A stretch of DNA of 64,000 bases from Octopus sinensis (lineage: Eukaryota): positions 85,250,001-85,314,000 of the forward strand of contig NC_043005.1 of the NCBI RefSeq assembly GCF_006345805.1, in the 5' to 3' direction. Below, one piece after another: positions 22,054 to 37,121 of the stretch. Position numbers and translations under genes: made by a program. Within the stretch, counting starts at the first letter, position 1. Each line of letters begins with the position of its first letter. The notes beneath the pieces are model-generated. The model was given only the letters and a program-made list of their open reading frames with translations. It had not been told where the DNA came from and did not search any database.

Positions 22054-24463
22054 ATGATTCTAGACTGACATAATAATCATAGCACTGTTTTCAAGCTTGA
22101 CATTTACTTTGAAGGATATGAAAAACAGAAACAAATATTAATGAATTCATCTCATTCGGGAGATTGAACCGATTCTTCTACCATCCACCTCTGCAAATTA
22201 ACAAGTCTTCTTTATTGTAAATATTATTTCTGATTCTAGGCACAGGTGTGGCTGTGTAGTAAAAAGTTTTGCTTCCCGATCACATGGTTCCGGGTTCAGT
22301 TCCACTGTGTGGTACCTTGGGCAAGTATCTTCTACTATTGCCTCGAGCCAACCAAAGCCTTGTGAGTGGATTTGGTAGACGGAAACTGAAAGACGCCTGT
22401 TGTATATGTGTGTGTGTGTGTGTGTGTGTCTTTGTGTATGTGTTTGTTCTCCACCAATGCTTGACAACCGATGTTGGTGTGTTTACATCCATGTAATTTG
22501 GTAGTTTGGCAAAAGAAACAAATAGAATGAATACCAGGATTTCAAAAAAGTAATAACTACTGCTGTTGATTCATTCAACTAAAAACTCTTCAACACAGTG
22601 CCCCAGCATGGCCACAGTCCAATGACTGAAACAAGCAAAAGATAAAAGATGTATGGGAATTATGAAAAGAGGGGTATTAGTGAAGACCAGAGACAAATGG
22701 TCCTTTAAATTATCAACTCTGATGGGGTGGAACATAAAGCTGACTTCAGCAAGATTTGAACTGGCAATATAAAGATCCAGAACAAATACTGCAAAAAATG
22801 TTACCAATTCTCTAACAATTTTGCCAATCTAACACCCTCCTTGTCAGAAATATTGGTTTCAAGTTTTAGCACGAGGCCAGCAAGTTTGAGTGTGGTGGTG
22901 GAGGGTTGGTTGAGTTGAGAACATCGACCCCAGTGATCAACTGGTACTTAGTTTATCTAAAAAACAAAAAAACAAAGTTGACCTTCAAACTCAGAATTTG
23001 AACTCAGAACATAGAGACAACTGAAATGCTTCTAAGAATTTTGCCTGGTGTGCTAACGATTCTGCCAGCTCGAAATATTAAGGAAGACTTTTAAACATTG
23101 TCATAACATTATAATTTTGGCAGAAAGACAAAATTGATTAAATTTACTTCAGTGTTTGAGTAAATGACATGTGATGGTCTCTGGAAAAGATAAAAGGCTA
23201 AAGTTGACCTGTCAACCTTGACACGATTTGAACTTGGAACATAAAGAGATGTGACTAAATACCGGAAAACATTCTGTCTAATGCTCTAATGATTCTGCCA
23301 GCCATCAACTTAATAGCAATTTTGCTAATAACAACAGATTTTGTTCTGACGGAAAATGAATTCCATAGAATGACAGGAAATGTTAAATATAGGAGACAAT
23401 TTTCCCTGGAACTTATTCTACAGAATATAAAGGAATTTTCTGTTTATTATGTATGTAATGTTTGGAAGTTAGAAGAGGAATATTGTAAAAGCCTTTTGTC
23501 GATTTTGGAAAGAAAGTGAATGAATAGTTATTGTAGAATGGTTTTATTTGGGAATTATTTTCTTCATTTATAATGATGCACAATGGAATGGAATAATATA
23601 TCATGGCAGACTATTGTATAAAATATGGTAACATGTGGAATCTGAAGAAACAGGAGATGGACTGTGTCATTGATAATTAGTTATGGATAAGTTCGTGAAG
23701 TTTGCTTGTTGTGATGAGTGAACATTCTAGCATATGAGATATTGCCTTTGGATTATTTTCCTTCAACTCTTGTTCCTCTGTTGTGAAGAATATGGCAGGA
23801 GAATATTAATTGAAGGAATGTACTTGTGATAAAAACTGAGTCTGGTGAGAACTAGAAACCCATTTGAGCAGTCAGTAGTTCATATCCTGTTGACAGTGTT
23901 GTGTATGGCACCAAAATACACAACTCTCAATGACAGAGTTCTTCTAAGTCTAAGTGGACACATATTTATTTCTTTATTGCCCACAAGGGGCTAAACATAG
24001 AGGGGACAAACAAGGACAGACAAAGGGATTAAGTTGATTACATCTACCCCAGTGTAGACAGAGGTTGAAACATTTTTCTTGCCGTTTGGGATTCATGTTA
24101 TCCCCAAGGTAAAGTCTTGTTTTGATTTCTATCTATAGGAATATTTCCCCTGACGAGATGAATGAGTCCCTTAAGAGGTCCCTAACATCAAAATTGCAAT
24201 AGGGAATTCACCAGTTATTTTCAAGTTGTGGATTCAATTTGTCATGTCACCCGCAGACAGTTTTTATCGTGAAAAGAAATAATATGAGTGATAAAATGGC
24301 TTTATAGCGGTGTTGGCTGCTATTTCTAACATGTAAAAATAGTATCCAGTTATAAATGTGACTTGTTCATAATTATAAACGTCCTTCTATGTATTTTATG
24401 ATAACACATTTGGCCATTAATATTTTCATAAATAATTATTAATTGTTTATAATATATCCTCTG

Positions 24464-24530
<67 letters not shown>

Positions 24531-26351
24531 AGAATAAGTCTTAGGGTCGTTTTGTTTGAGTAAATCCTGCCAAAGCAGTGCCCCAGCATGGCCACAGTCA
24601 AATGACTGAAACAAGTAAAAGGATTAACAAAAAAAGAAGTAATCATGTTTTTCAGAATAAAATTTCTTAGGGCAAATTTTCCTCCAGCAAAATTTATGGT
24701 GAAATTGCCTACAACCTTATGAGGCACTTTGAATGAGTTATTTTCATTCTCTCAAGTAAAACTGCTTTTGAATCAACCAAACAGAAGCAGTTCTTAAATA
24801 TAGAAAATCGAGTTGTGAATAATTTTCATCTGTAATAAGTTTTCCTTCAGTTATTCTATCTTCTAATATAATGATGAGTGTAGAGTTTTTATGTATTTGT
24901 CCAGAATAATACCGGACGTGGAGGAGGAGAGAAAATAGTAATTCAGTGAAGGAGAAGTAGTGAGAGTAATAGCCCTGACTGCAAGGGAGTGAGAGAAAGT
25001 AACAGCAATGAGAGAGAGGAAGGGGTGATAGATGAATAAGGAATGAAGGGGTGAAAAAATTCAGCATTTCAACTCTGTGTGAGTATATGTGTGCATGTAG
25101 AAGGGAAGTATGTGAAAGTTTTGTGATTATTATGTGCCTTGTGTATATATAAATATACTACAATTAGCCATCATTATTGACAGCACATGGTCAGCTCATA
25201 TATTAATAATTAAGATGATATCAGTCTGTTGGGCACAGATGGTGGAGTGTACTGAAGAAATTTGCTTCTCAATCAAGGGGTTTTGACACCAGTCATCTAA
25301 CATTTTCTGAGGTCTTCTATAGATTATTCATCATCATCATTTAACATCCGTTTGCTGTGCTAGCATGGGTTGGACAGTTTGACCGGGTTCTGGGAAGCCA
25401 AGGGGCTGCACCAGACTCCAGTCTGATCTGGCAGTGTTTCTACAGCTGGATGCCCTTCCTAACACCAACCACTCCATGAGTGTAGTGGGTTCTTTTTACG
25501 TGCCACCGGCACAGGTGCCAGGGGATGCTGGCAATGGCCATGATCAGTTGGTGCTTTTTACATGCCACCGGCACAGAAGCCAGTCAAGGCGGCACTGGCA
25601 TCGGCCACGTTCGGATGGTGCTTTTTATGTCCCACTGGCACAGGTACCACAACTACAATTTCCATTTGATATTTATTTTGATATTGATGTACTTGACTCA
25701 ATAGGTTTCCTCAAGCACAGCAGGTCATGTGCCAATGGCACAGAAGCCAGTCAAGGCAGTGCTGGCATCGGCCACGTTCAAATGGTGCTTTTTACGTGCT
25801 GCCAGCACAGGTATCGTAACTACAGTTTCCATTTGATATTTATTTTGATATTGATGTACTTGTATTATCATTATTATTATTGAAAGGCAGTGAGCTGGCA
25901 GAATTGAGAAAATGAGCTGGCACATTGGAGAAAATGCTTTGCAGTATTTCACTCGTTGTCACGTTCTGAGTTCAAATATTGCTCTGAGGTCGACTTTGCC
26001 TTTCATCCTTTCGAGGTTGATAAAAAAAGACCAGTTGAATCCTAGGGTCAATGTAACTGATTACCCCTCCCCAAATTACTGGCCTTGTGCCAAAATTTGA
26101 AACCAGTATAATGGTAGGTCAGCAGGACTGTTCACCCAAGAATGGAATGTGCAATGGTTCAAATCTCATTGTAGTTGTTAGTTTATCAGAGACAAAAAAA
26201 AAAATCCCTCAGTGGAAGCAATAAAGTTTTTTCCACTACATCCATTTTTATTTAATACAACATAAGAATTTAGCAAGTTAGAAATTTATGGTTCAAGTTT
26301 GGTTGTGAAGTTATCCCAGAGCCCTAACTTTTACTAGTATTATGAGACTTA

Positions 26352-26713
26352 CTGTACTTGATGGCCTATAAGATGCATGAGTGTATAGGACGCACCCTAT
26401 AGCCTAGGCTATACTTTGGTAAAATAAATTACTACTAAAATAATGTTTTAATTCCTCCACTTACCTGTATAACTTTATGTTATTACAGGTATTTATAAGC
26501 AATTTATTACATCCACATTCGATATAAACATATTGTAGGTGACTGTTCACCAATAGATGGCAGTACACATTTTGTAAACGTACATGACCTATGATGTATA
26601 ATTTTGGCCAACAGTTGCGAGTTTTGAGCCTACATTGAGTGCATAGGATGTAGGGGGGTTTTTAAATCCATTTTAGGTTTAAAATGGTGCATCCTATAGG
26701 CCATCAAATACAG
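26352..26713. mobile_element. Tc1/mariner-pogo-type MITE (362 bp, TA TSD)
   Basis: TA|ctgtacttgatggcctataagatgca ... tgcatcctataggccatcaaatacag|TA (24/26 TIR match). Confidence 0.85.
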
Positions 26714-27124
26714 TAGTTATTTTAGCAAGGAATTAATCAAGGAGTCAGTATGTGGTAGCCCTACTTAACGGACATACCATCAAAACCTTCCTTGTATCAC
26801 ATAATGGTTTCAAATTCTGTAACAAGGCCTGTAATTCTGAGGTGGAGACGGGTGATTAGATTGAAACCCAGTACCCAACTGGTTCTTGTGTTATGAAACC
26901 AAAATGGATGAAAGGTGAAGTGGACCCTTGGGAAATTTGAACTCAGAACATAAAAACTGATGAAATGCTGTTAAGGCATTTTGCCTGGCACAATAACCAT
27001 TCTGCCAACTCGTCCATCTTTCTTTATATCACACATTACCATCTTAAAAAGGATGGACTCATCAAATAGTGTAGTCCAAAATAACCAAGTCATGTCTGAT
27101 CAGCAGTGAATGGATATGAATTTA

Positions 27125-28135
27125 ATCTTTTACATGTTCCAGTCATCAGACTACGGCCATGCTGGGGTACCACCTTAAAGGATTTTAGTGAAATGAATCT
27201 ACTCCAGTGCTTATTTTTTCTACAGTCTGGTGCCTAAGCTATCAGCCTCTTTCACCAAATCACTAAGTTACAGGGATGTAAACACACCAACACCGGTTGT
27301 TAAGTGGTAGTAGGAGACAAACACAGACATGAAGACACATAGATGCACACACACACAGACAAACACACACACACACACACACACATACGATGGACTCTTT
27401 CAGTTTCCATCTTCCAGATCCACTCATGAAGCTTTGGTCAGTCCAAGGTTGTTGTAGAATATACTTGTCTGAGGTGTCATGCAGTGGGACTAACCCCAGA
27501 ACCATGTGGTTGGGAAGCAAACTTCTTATTTCTTTATTGCCCTCAAGGGGCTAAACATAGAGGGGACAAACAAGGACAGACAAAGGGGATTAAGTTGATT
27601 ACATCAACCCCAGTGCATAACTGGTATTTAATTTATCGGCCCCAAAAGGATGAAAGGCAAAGTCAACCTCGGCAGAATTTGAACTCAGAATGTAACGGCA
27701 GACGAAATACCTATTTCTTTACTACCCACAAGGGGCTAAACACAGAGAGGACAAACAAGGAGAAACAAATGGATTAAGTCAATTATATCGACCCCAGTGC
27801 GTAACTGGTATTTATTTAATCGACCCTGAAAGGATGAAAGGCAAAGTCGACCTCGGCAGAATATTGAACTCAGAAGGTAACGGCAGACAAAATACGGCTA
27901 CGCATTTTGACCGGCGTGCTAATGTTTCTGCCAGCTTGCCGCCCTATCAAAACAAACTGATTAAGTTGATTATATCAACCCCAGTGCGTAACTGGTACTT
28001 ATTTAATCAACCCCGAAAGGATGAAAGGCAAAGTTGACCTCAGCGGAATATTGAACTCAGAACGTAACGGCAGACGAAATACCGCTAAGCCTTTCGCCCG
28101 GCACGCTAACGTTTCTTACTACACAGCCACACCTG
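27125..28135 (-). mobile_element. SINE A copy with a nested tandem array (3-4 units) of SINE B at 27528-28112
   Basis: The A head is split at ...gggaagcaaacttctt | ttcttactacacagccacacc with ttctta duplicated; the B core is repeated at about 27600, 27790 and 27975. Confidence 0.82.
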
Positions 28136-29366
28136 TTCAAGAATAGTCGTCATATTTTTGTAGAATATCTCTCCTTTACAGGAGAGATATTATAAGAGCA
28201 AGTATCACCTTTTAGCAACTTAACAGATTCCAAGGCTACACAGCAATGGCAGTTGCAGCACTAGTAGCTGTAGTTGTACTACTGTTGTTGCCACGTATTA
28301 CTTCTTGGAGCCTGTGGGCACATTTTCTCACCTACTTCCTGGAAACAAAATGCATTTAAGCAGTCAGCAACACATACCATCGAAAATGTATGTAAGTATA
28401 GACATAAATAAACTAATAAAGGAAATATAATGATGTTGGTAACAGAAATAAAAATGAGTCTACTACCAATCAGTTTATTTGAAATAATTGTCTTTATCGA
28501 CAAAGTTGTATCCCAGAAGGATAACAGCAAGCATCGGAATGAAAATGAAATTGTTACACATAATCTAAGTAAAGAATCACAGCCAGAGGCTTCGAGGCAA
28601 CGTAAAGGAAAGAGCAGCAGGGGTGAATTATGAGAGAGAAAGAGGGGAGAAGGAAAGAGTGAGAGAGGAGACTGGGGTGAATGAAAGAGAGAAGGAATGA
28701 AAGAGTGAGAGAGTCTTGGAACTGGATCAAATCACAAGTGCCTGTCTTGAAAAATAAGAATTATATGTAAAGATTTGTTAAGGAATAAAGTCGTTTTCTA
28801 AATTTGGTAGTTCTTGATTAGTATAGCAGGCAGCATTGACCATTTGCCAAAGTTAGGAGATGGATGTTCTTTGAAGGAAAGATATCCTGCAAGAAAATTG
28901 TGCTTTCGTTGTCAATCAGATATAGAATTATTCGTATTGGTTTGGATAATTAAAAATCATTCTGTGAGGAAATGGGAGCTGATGCTTTTTTTTTTTTATT
29001 TGGTAAGGGAAAATTGTGATTAAAGAAGGAAAAAGTGAAATGTATTGATAAAGTATGGTTAGACAAGACGGAGGTGGTCTAAGAAATATAAAATGGTAGC
29101 TACGAAGAAATTGGCTCTGCTTGTGTGATGAGTTTAGCTGATATAATCTCACCATACTTATGTTTGTATTAAAGGAATCAATTTGTTCAAATTTACAGTA
29201 AGAGAAGTTCTAAGGGGGAGTAAGTGATTATGTAGGCCTATATTCTGCACACACAAGCACTCTATATTCTGCTATGAATAAAATGGTCTTCACTTCTCAG
29301 TTAAGTTTGTGTGCAAATGGTACCCAGTTAATAAGTGGGTACCATCTACAGACAAGTGAATGTAAC

Positions 29367-29756
29367 TTGATTTCACAATCTTGGATTCGTAACTCTGAAT
29401 TCGCATATTTTGGCTTCACCAAATTTGGCCTCACACAAAACCTGGCCTCACAAATTTAGTTTTTCAAACAATATGGATTCCGAAAATTTGGATTTCATAA
29501 AGTCTGGCTTCACAAATTCAGTTTTTCGAACCTTGAATTTCGAACCTTGATGCTGGTACCACATAAAAACACTGGTGATGGTTCCATGTAACAAACACGG
29601 TGCTGGTGCCACATAAAAAGCACTAGTGCTGGTACCACATGGAAATGTGCCCTGGCTGCCTTTCTTCTCCCATATTCTCTGTCTCTGTACCTATGCTGAC
29701 CCCTTTGATCAACCTTCCTTCACCAAATTGTAGGATCCCCAATAAAATCAATCACC
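29367..29756. repeat. Left arm of a ~390-bp inverted duplication (partner 34291-34654)
   Basis: Reverse-complement match including a ~15-bp-period minisatellite and its junction to a C-like segment. Confidence 0.85.
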
Positions 29757-29914
29757 CTGCTAAGGTATTCAAAACAATGTCTCTTTTCAAATTTCCTTTC
29801 ACCTGACTTTAACCGACACAAAAAATATCAACATTTCTTAAACTTTATAAATTCTATTAACAACAAAATTCCAACCAAAATTCAACCCACATGTACAGCA
29901 CATATGAAATAAAC

Positions 29915-30300
29915 AAAATGGCAAAGTGGCTGAGTTCCTTTCAAGCATTGGGATTCACAGAGGCAATGGCCGAGACCTTTGGCATTATGTTATTTTTGAG
30001 AAGAAGACCCATTAAGCTGAACAAAATCACAGTTGTGGCAGATACCAGCGTCACACAAATGGCACCCATGTTAGTGGCACATAAGAGTACCCCAGTATCA
30101 TCCAAATAGTACCCGTGTTAGTGACATGTAAAAGCACCCACTACGCTCTCGGAGTGGTTGGTGTTAAGAAGGGCGTCCAGCTGTAGAAACACTGCCAAAT
30201 CAGACTGGAGTCTGGTGCAGCCTTCCAGCTTGCCAGCCCTGGTCAAATCATCCAACCCATGCCAGCATGGACAACGGACGTTAAATGATGATGATGATGA
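29915..30300 (+). mobile_element. Family C copy retaining the end of the RTE ORF
   Basis: An RTE-ORF-end-like segment (ALGFTEAM / RDLWHYVIFEKKTH*) precedes the C body and matches the RTE C-terminus at 55143-55392 (DLQMLGLTEESTRDQEMW). Confidence 0.7.
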
Positions 30301-32690
30301 TTACTATGAGGCAACTGTTGAACAATTTAAAATCCCTCAATGATGACTTTATAAGATGTAATGTCTATTGGTCTTTTATTGCTAACTGCAATATTCCCCA
30401 GCTTTACACCATTGATATCATTTCATTCAGTCTGAGGGGGCCACGAAGATCTTGAAACATCAGTGGACTTAAGAATGCTATAACTAAAAACTCAATCGAA
30501 CAACTCTCAGCAGAAGGCCTGAAATATTTTGGGGGTGGGGGAGGCTCTGGTTGATTGCATCGACCCCAGTATTCAACTGGTACTTATTTTATCAACCCCA
30601 AAAGGATGAAAGGCGATGATGACCTTGGTAGAATTTGAACTCAGAACATTAAAGATGCACTGCAGCAAAGCATTTTGCATGGCACTCTAATATGATAGGA
30701 CAGTGTTATAATGTTATAGGACACTAATTTATAGGACATGAAATGAGAACATTAAATAAGCTGTATCACATTGTCTCAGTGTCCTATTTATAGGACACCG
30801 AGTATTTCCATTTCTACTTGAAGTAAAGGAGTTTTAATAGTTATTTTTAAAAATTCTAACCTATTTTCAATCATCTGTAAAACTTTTAAAGTAATATCAA
30901 GATTGGAGCCTGGTGAAGCCATTTGGTTTGCCAGTCCTTAGTCAAATCGTTCAACTCATGCTAGCATGGAAAGCGGATGTTAAACGACGACATTGATGAT
31001 GATGATAATTTAGAAATTTAAGTACTCTAGAACAACTAATTATGGAAATTGAAGAAAAAAAACAACACCTTTAATAAGGTTGTTAAACTGAAACACAACC
31101 AGTACTTCAGTATTATGTGTTTGAAAGACATCTTTCCCATACAAGCATGAGCATACATAATTCTGTATGCATGATGCACACACATGCAAACATGCATGTG
31201 TGTGTGCATGCATGTAGACATGCTCACTTTGGCACTCTGTCGGTTACGACAATGAGGGTTCCAATTAATCTGACAACGAAAGCACCATCCGTTCGTGGCC
31301 GTTGCCAGTCTCGCCTGGCCCCCGTGCCGATGGCACATAAAAAGCACCATCCGATCATGGCTGTTTGCCAGACTCGTCTGGCACCTGTGCCGGTGGCACG
31401 TAAAAAGCACCCACTACACTCATGGAGTGGTTGGCGTTAGGAAGGGCATCCAGCCGTAGAAACATTGCCAGATCAAACTGGTCCTGTTGCAGCCTTCTGG
31501 CTTCCCAGACCCCAGTTGAACCGTCCAACCCATGCTAGCATGGAAAGCGGACGCTAAACGATGATGATGATGATGATGATGAATAGAACAACCTGCTTTT
31601 GAAATTATTGTGCAATTGGCTGAGCACTCCACAGATGCATGTACCCTTAATGTAGTTCTCAGGGAGATTCAGCAGGATACAGGATGTGACAAGGCTGGCC
31701 CCTTTTGAAATACAGGTACAACACATTTTTGCTGGTTGAGTGGACCAAGGCAATGTCAAATAAAGTGTCTTGCTTAAGGACACACTCGCCTCAGGAATTG
31801 AACCTTACAACTGTGTGCAAAATATCCTAATCACTAACTTTGGTACCTTCACAACACACACACACACACATTTATTAACTTTTACAAGCAAAAGGTGGAG
31901 AATGACTGAAGTTTTGGCTTGCTTGCCTTCATCATTCTGTGTTTTACATGGGTTCCTTTTTGGCTTTATATAGTCTTTGGGAAGTTATTTTTGTGGGGTA
32001 GGTGGAGCTATGTGAATGGCTATTAGCTGTGGTATAGGTGAACTGTGAGAATAGCTATGTAGGAAGAGGGGATAGGGGAGGATAGGAGGAAAGTAGATGT
32101 ATTTGCAGAGTACAGAGTGATAAGAAGTTATGACAAGTAAATTTATTTCTTAACAGAAATCGTATAAAATCAAGACCAATCCAATTTCAATCTGCCGTAT
32201 GTTGTGTGACCAACCGATTTGTCAAAAACACATTCTTTTGTGAATTCTAAAACACAACCAAGATGAAATTTCTACTTAAAGCATGTCAGGACCTGAATTT
32301 GGCACATCATTTTCATGCCTGACTGAATTCTGAATACTGACAAAATTCCCACACCAAACCAAAATAAATCTCCTCACCATAACTTAGTTATATCAACCCA
32401 CAATCTATAAACATATACTTTTGAATTACTTCTTTCATCCCCCACCTCCAACACAATACCTTCTTGGGTCCACCTACACTACACTTAATTAGCATTTCCA
32501 ATAGCTACACCTATCCAAAACAAATTTCCAAAGAACACAAATGCACTGTTTCATGAAGGTGAGCAATCCAAAACTTTGCAGAGACTGTTAATCAAGTTAA
32601 AAAATACGTACTTTATTAAATTGCATTGAGAAATCTTTCATTTTAATGGTAAATTATTATCTATGACCTTGATATAAAAATGAACAGTAA

Positions 32691-33085
<395 letters not shown>

Positions 33086-33738
33086 TCAGGAAGAAAACAT
33101 TTAAATACTAAATTATAATTTAATTCTAAAATTGTTTTATATATGTTATGAAATTGTAATTGAAGCTTAGTTACATGAAGCAATTTTTATTATATCTTAA
33201 ATCAATTTTCATTAAAATGACTCTTTTATTATTATTATTATTATTACTTCCATGCTTATACCTTTTGTCTTCATTATCATCATCAACATCATCATAACCA
33301 TGATCCTTATTGTCAACATCATCATCATTGTTTTTTGCAAAAACGAATCACACAAATGTGTTGTGTGTTATCTTATATTTTTATTCTATGTTATTACTAT
33401 ATATTGTTGTTGTTGTTTCTCTTGTTGTTATTTAGCATATTCACCTGCAAATATTGTGATTATTCTGTGTTTGCAAAAAGGGAAAAATGTTATATTCGAA
33501 TTTATCATTAACTACACATTATTAAAGACTGTTTGAATTTGTGAAGAAATTTCCATTCTTATTTCCATTTACACAGAGAATCTTGATGCAAGTCACCGAC
33601 TGATGAATGGGGTAAAAGGATGGAAAAATACAGTTGAAACTAAAGGTGCATTGCCTGTGAACAATACCTTTACAGGTTATTATGGAAGCCTATACTCAAA
33701 AAAACTCTCTTGAACACAAGCACACTTTCACATAGGTA

Positions 33739-34055
33739 TCTTCTTCTTCTTCTTCTTCTTCTCTTTCTTCTTCTCTTTCTTCTTCTTCTTCTTTTTCTTC
33801 TCCTTCTTCTTCTCCTTCTTCTTCTCCTTCTCCTTCATCTTCTCCTCCTTCTTCTTCATCTTCTTCTCCTCCTCCTTCTTCTCCCCCTTCCCCTTCTCCA
33901 GCTCCTTCTTCTTCACCTTCTTCTTCTTCTTCTTCTTCTTCTTCTTCTCCTCTTCCTCCTCCTTCTCCCCTGCTCCTGCTCCTCCTCCTCCTTCTTCTTC
34001 ACCTTCTTCTCCTTCACCTTCTTCTCCTTCTTCTTCTTCTTTTCCTCCTCCTCCT
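33739..34055. repeat. (CTT)n/(CCT)n polypyrimidine tract
   Basis: Directly visible; a similar tract lies at 58075-58480. Confidence 0.95.
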
Positions 34056-34290
34056 CATTTAACATTTGTTTTCCATGATGGCATGTGTTGGATGGCTTGA
34101 CAGGTGCTGGTAACATCAGAGCGCTTCACCAGGCTCCATTATCTGTTTCTATGGCCGTACGTCCTCTCTACTGCCAACAGCTTTACAGAGAATACTGGTG
34201 GTTTTTTTACATGATGCCATCACCAGTACTTTTTATGTGGCACCAGCACCAGTATTTGAAGCGAAATTGTTTAGAAGTAATACCTTAGAC

Positions 34291-34654
34291 GGTGATCGAT
34301 TTTATTGGGGATCCTGCAATTAGGTGAAGGAAGGTTGATCAAGGGGATCAGTCTAAGGTACAGAGACAGAGAATATGAGAGAAGAAAGGGAGAGAGGTTA
34401 CATTTCCATGTGGTACCAGCACTAGTGCTCTTTATGTGGAACCAGCATTGTGTTTGTTACATGGAACTATCACCAGTGTTTTTATGTGGTACCAGCATCA
34501 AGGTTCGAAAAACTGAATTTGTGAAGCCAGATTTTATGAAATCCAAATTTTTGGAATCCATATTGTTTGAAAAACTAAATTTGTGAGGCCAGGTTTTGTG
34601 TGAGGCCAAATTTAGTGAAGCCAAAATATGTAAATTCAGAGATTGTGAAATCAA
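34291..34654. repeat. Right arm of the inverted duplication (partner 29367-29756)
   Basis: ggtgatcgattttattggggatcctgc...cagagattgtgaaatcaa is the reverse complement of the left arm, roughly 90% identical by eye. Confidence 0.85.
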
Positions 34655-35257
34655 ATTAGTGAAGCCGGGTTTTCTGAGTCCTAAATTCTGAACTATATAT
34701 ATATATATATATATATGCCAGGGGCGTTGAGTCGCCCCGTGCCGGTGGCATGTAAAAGCATCCACTACACCCTCAGAGTGGTTGGCATTAGGAAGGGCAT
34801 CCAGCTGTAGAAACTCTGCCAGATCAAGATTGAAGCCTAGTGCAGCCATCTGGTTCGCCAGCCCTCATTCATTTGTCCAACCCATGGTAGCATGGAAAGT
34901 GGACGTTAAACGATAAAGAAGATTACATTTATAAATATTTTGTCTGTGTATCTAGTGTAGCTTTAATTTATTCTTGTTTGTATATATTTGTTTTGTATGT
35001 AGGCTGTTTTTTTTATGCTGACACTTAATTTTTAATAATATTTTACAAAAACTTCATGGTGTGTTGTTGTTTTGGGTTCACCCCAACCTTGTTGGTTGTG
35101 TAAATTCAGGTTATGGCCACCAGTGTCTTTTATGTGGCAACAGCACCAGTTTTTGTTACAAGGAACCATTACCAGTGCATTTTATGTGGTACCAGCACCA
35201 GTTATTTTTTATGTGGTACCAGCACTGGTGTTTTTTATGTGGCACTTGCACTGACAG

Positions 35258-35621
35258 CATTCAAGCTTTGGTGTTGGAGAAGACTTTTACAGATTCCATG
35301 GACAGTGAGGCTCACCAATGGAGAAGCTCTTAACCAGATCAAGCTGAAACTGTTGCTAGAAGCTAGGATCACCAAGCATAGATTGGCATATTTTGGTCAT
35401 ATTATGCAGAGAAAATCCCTGGAGAAGGACATCATGCTCGGAATGGTCAGTAGTAAGAGAGAAGAGGCCGACCAAGAACCCGCTGGCTTGACACCATCAA
35501 GAGTGATACCGGAATGGACATAGCCAATCTGAAAGAAGCGGCCCAGGATAGAACTGGCTGGAGGACACTGATCCATTGAGTAACCAAGCGTCGACTTCGA
35601 TTGAGTGGATAGACAGATATA
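35258..35621 (+). mobile_element. 5'-truncated BovB-like RTE LINE 3' end, 10-bp TSD
   Basis: AFKLWCWRRLLQIPWT...RLAYFGHIMQRKSLEKDIMLG; GRPRTRWLDTIK...AQDRTGWR. TSD gcactgacag at 35248 and 35622; (GATA)-like tail. Confidence 0.9.
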
Positions 35622-36047
35622 GCACTGACAGGGTTACTTGCAAGACAAAATACTCTTCAGCTGTGAGGGAGAGTATTAGTAAGGGGGTGGGGGCTTTGTG
35701 CCAGTTGATGACAGTGAGTTAAGGGAAATAACTCTGAGTGGCCATTGATGTGTGTTTGTGTGTGTTTTTGTGAGTGTGTGTGTGTGCAAATATGGCATTG
35801 ACTTGGTTGGGGAAATTAAAAAGGTTTCCTCCATTATCACGTGGTTTCAGGTTCAGCTCCACTAAGTGGCACTTTGAGCAAATGCTTTTAATTTGTCCTG
35901 GGCTGACTGATGTTTTGTGAGTATGTTTGGTATTTGGAAACTGTGGGAGAGCCAGTCATGTGGATGTATATGCATATATGGGGAGAGAATTGGGAAAAGG
36001 AGAGAGTGAAATAATAAGTTCTGTGAGCACACACAAAGCATACACAT

Positions 36048-36082
<35 letters not shown>

Positions 36083-36558
36083 CACACATACACACATACT
36101 CACATACCATACACACGCAAACGCACACATTCACTTGCACACACATGCACACACTGACACACACACTCACACACAAAACACACACACACTCACACACATG
36201 CACACACACACACAACACGCATGCAGCCAAACACACAGCTAGGTAAGTGTGTGCATGGGGTTATTGAGTTCTCTTGCTTTCCTGTGTCAACAATAGTTTC
36301 CCGAAGAGAGTCATTGCTGATATAGGAGTCTGCAAGAGAAACAAGAGCAGGCTGTTGCTTGATAACCTGGGAAATTCTTACCCCACTTGGAAACATGTGA
36401 GGGCCGGCAACAGGAAGGCTGTCCAGCCATAGAAACCTTGCCCCATCAGTGTACTCACGTATGACCAATGGACACTTAATTGACGTTAAGAATGAATATG
36501 TGTGTGAGTGTGTTTATATATGCGTATTTATATATATATATATACATATATATATATT

Positions 36559-36594
<36 letters not shown>

Positions 36595-37121
36595 ATCATC
36601 ATCATCATCGTTTAACGTCCGCCTTCCATGCTGGCATGGGCTGGACGAATGACTGAGGGCTGGCAAACCAGATGGCTGCATCAGGCTTCAGTCTTGATCT
36701 GGCAGAGTTTCTACTGCTGGATGCCCTTCCTAACGCCAACCACTCCGAGATTATGGAAGAGCATAATTGTTGCCAGGGCCACAGATTGGCAGTGTCGCTT
36801 CACTGGTACATGTGCTGGTGGCATGTGGATCCCATGCAGGTAACACGTAAAAAAACACCTTTTGAGCGTGGTCGTTGCCAGAACTGCCTGACTGGCCCTC
36901 GTGCTGGTGGCATGTAAAGGCACCCACTACATTTTCGATGTGGTTGGCGTTAGGAAGGGCATCCAGCTGTAGAAACCCTGCCAGATCAGATTGAACCTGG
37001 TGCATCCTTCTGGTTCACCACTCCTCAGTAAAGCCATCCAACTCATGCTAGCATGGAAAGTAGACGTAAAACGATAATGATGATATATATAGACGTATTG
37101 AGTCAGGTGAAATCATTGTCA

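Noticed and set aside
28700-29220. Possible decayed Penelope RT on the minus strand; likewise LINE-like 23380-23950, 53540-54260 and 56990-58010
   Set aside because: Only vague motif echoes; needs a translated profile search.
33599-33630. CTGATGA...GAAA as a hammerhead (also 42746, 52311, 53623)
   Set aside because: No stem II pairing, or no correctly placed GAAAC-N-UH and stem I.
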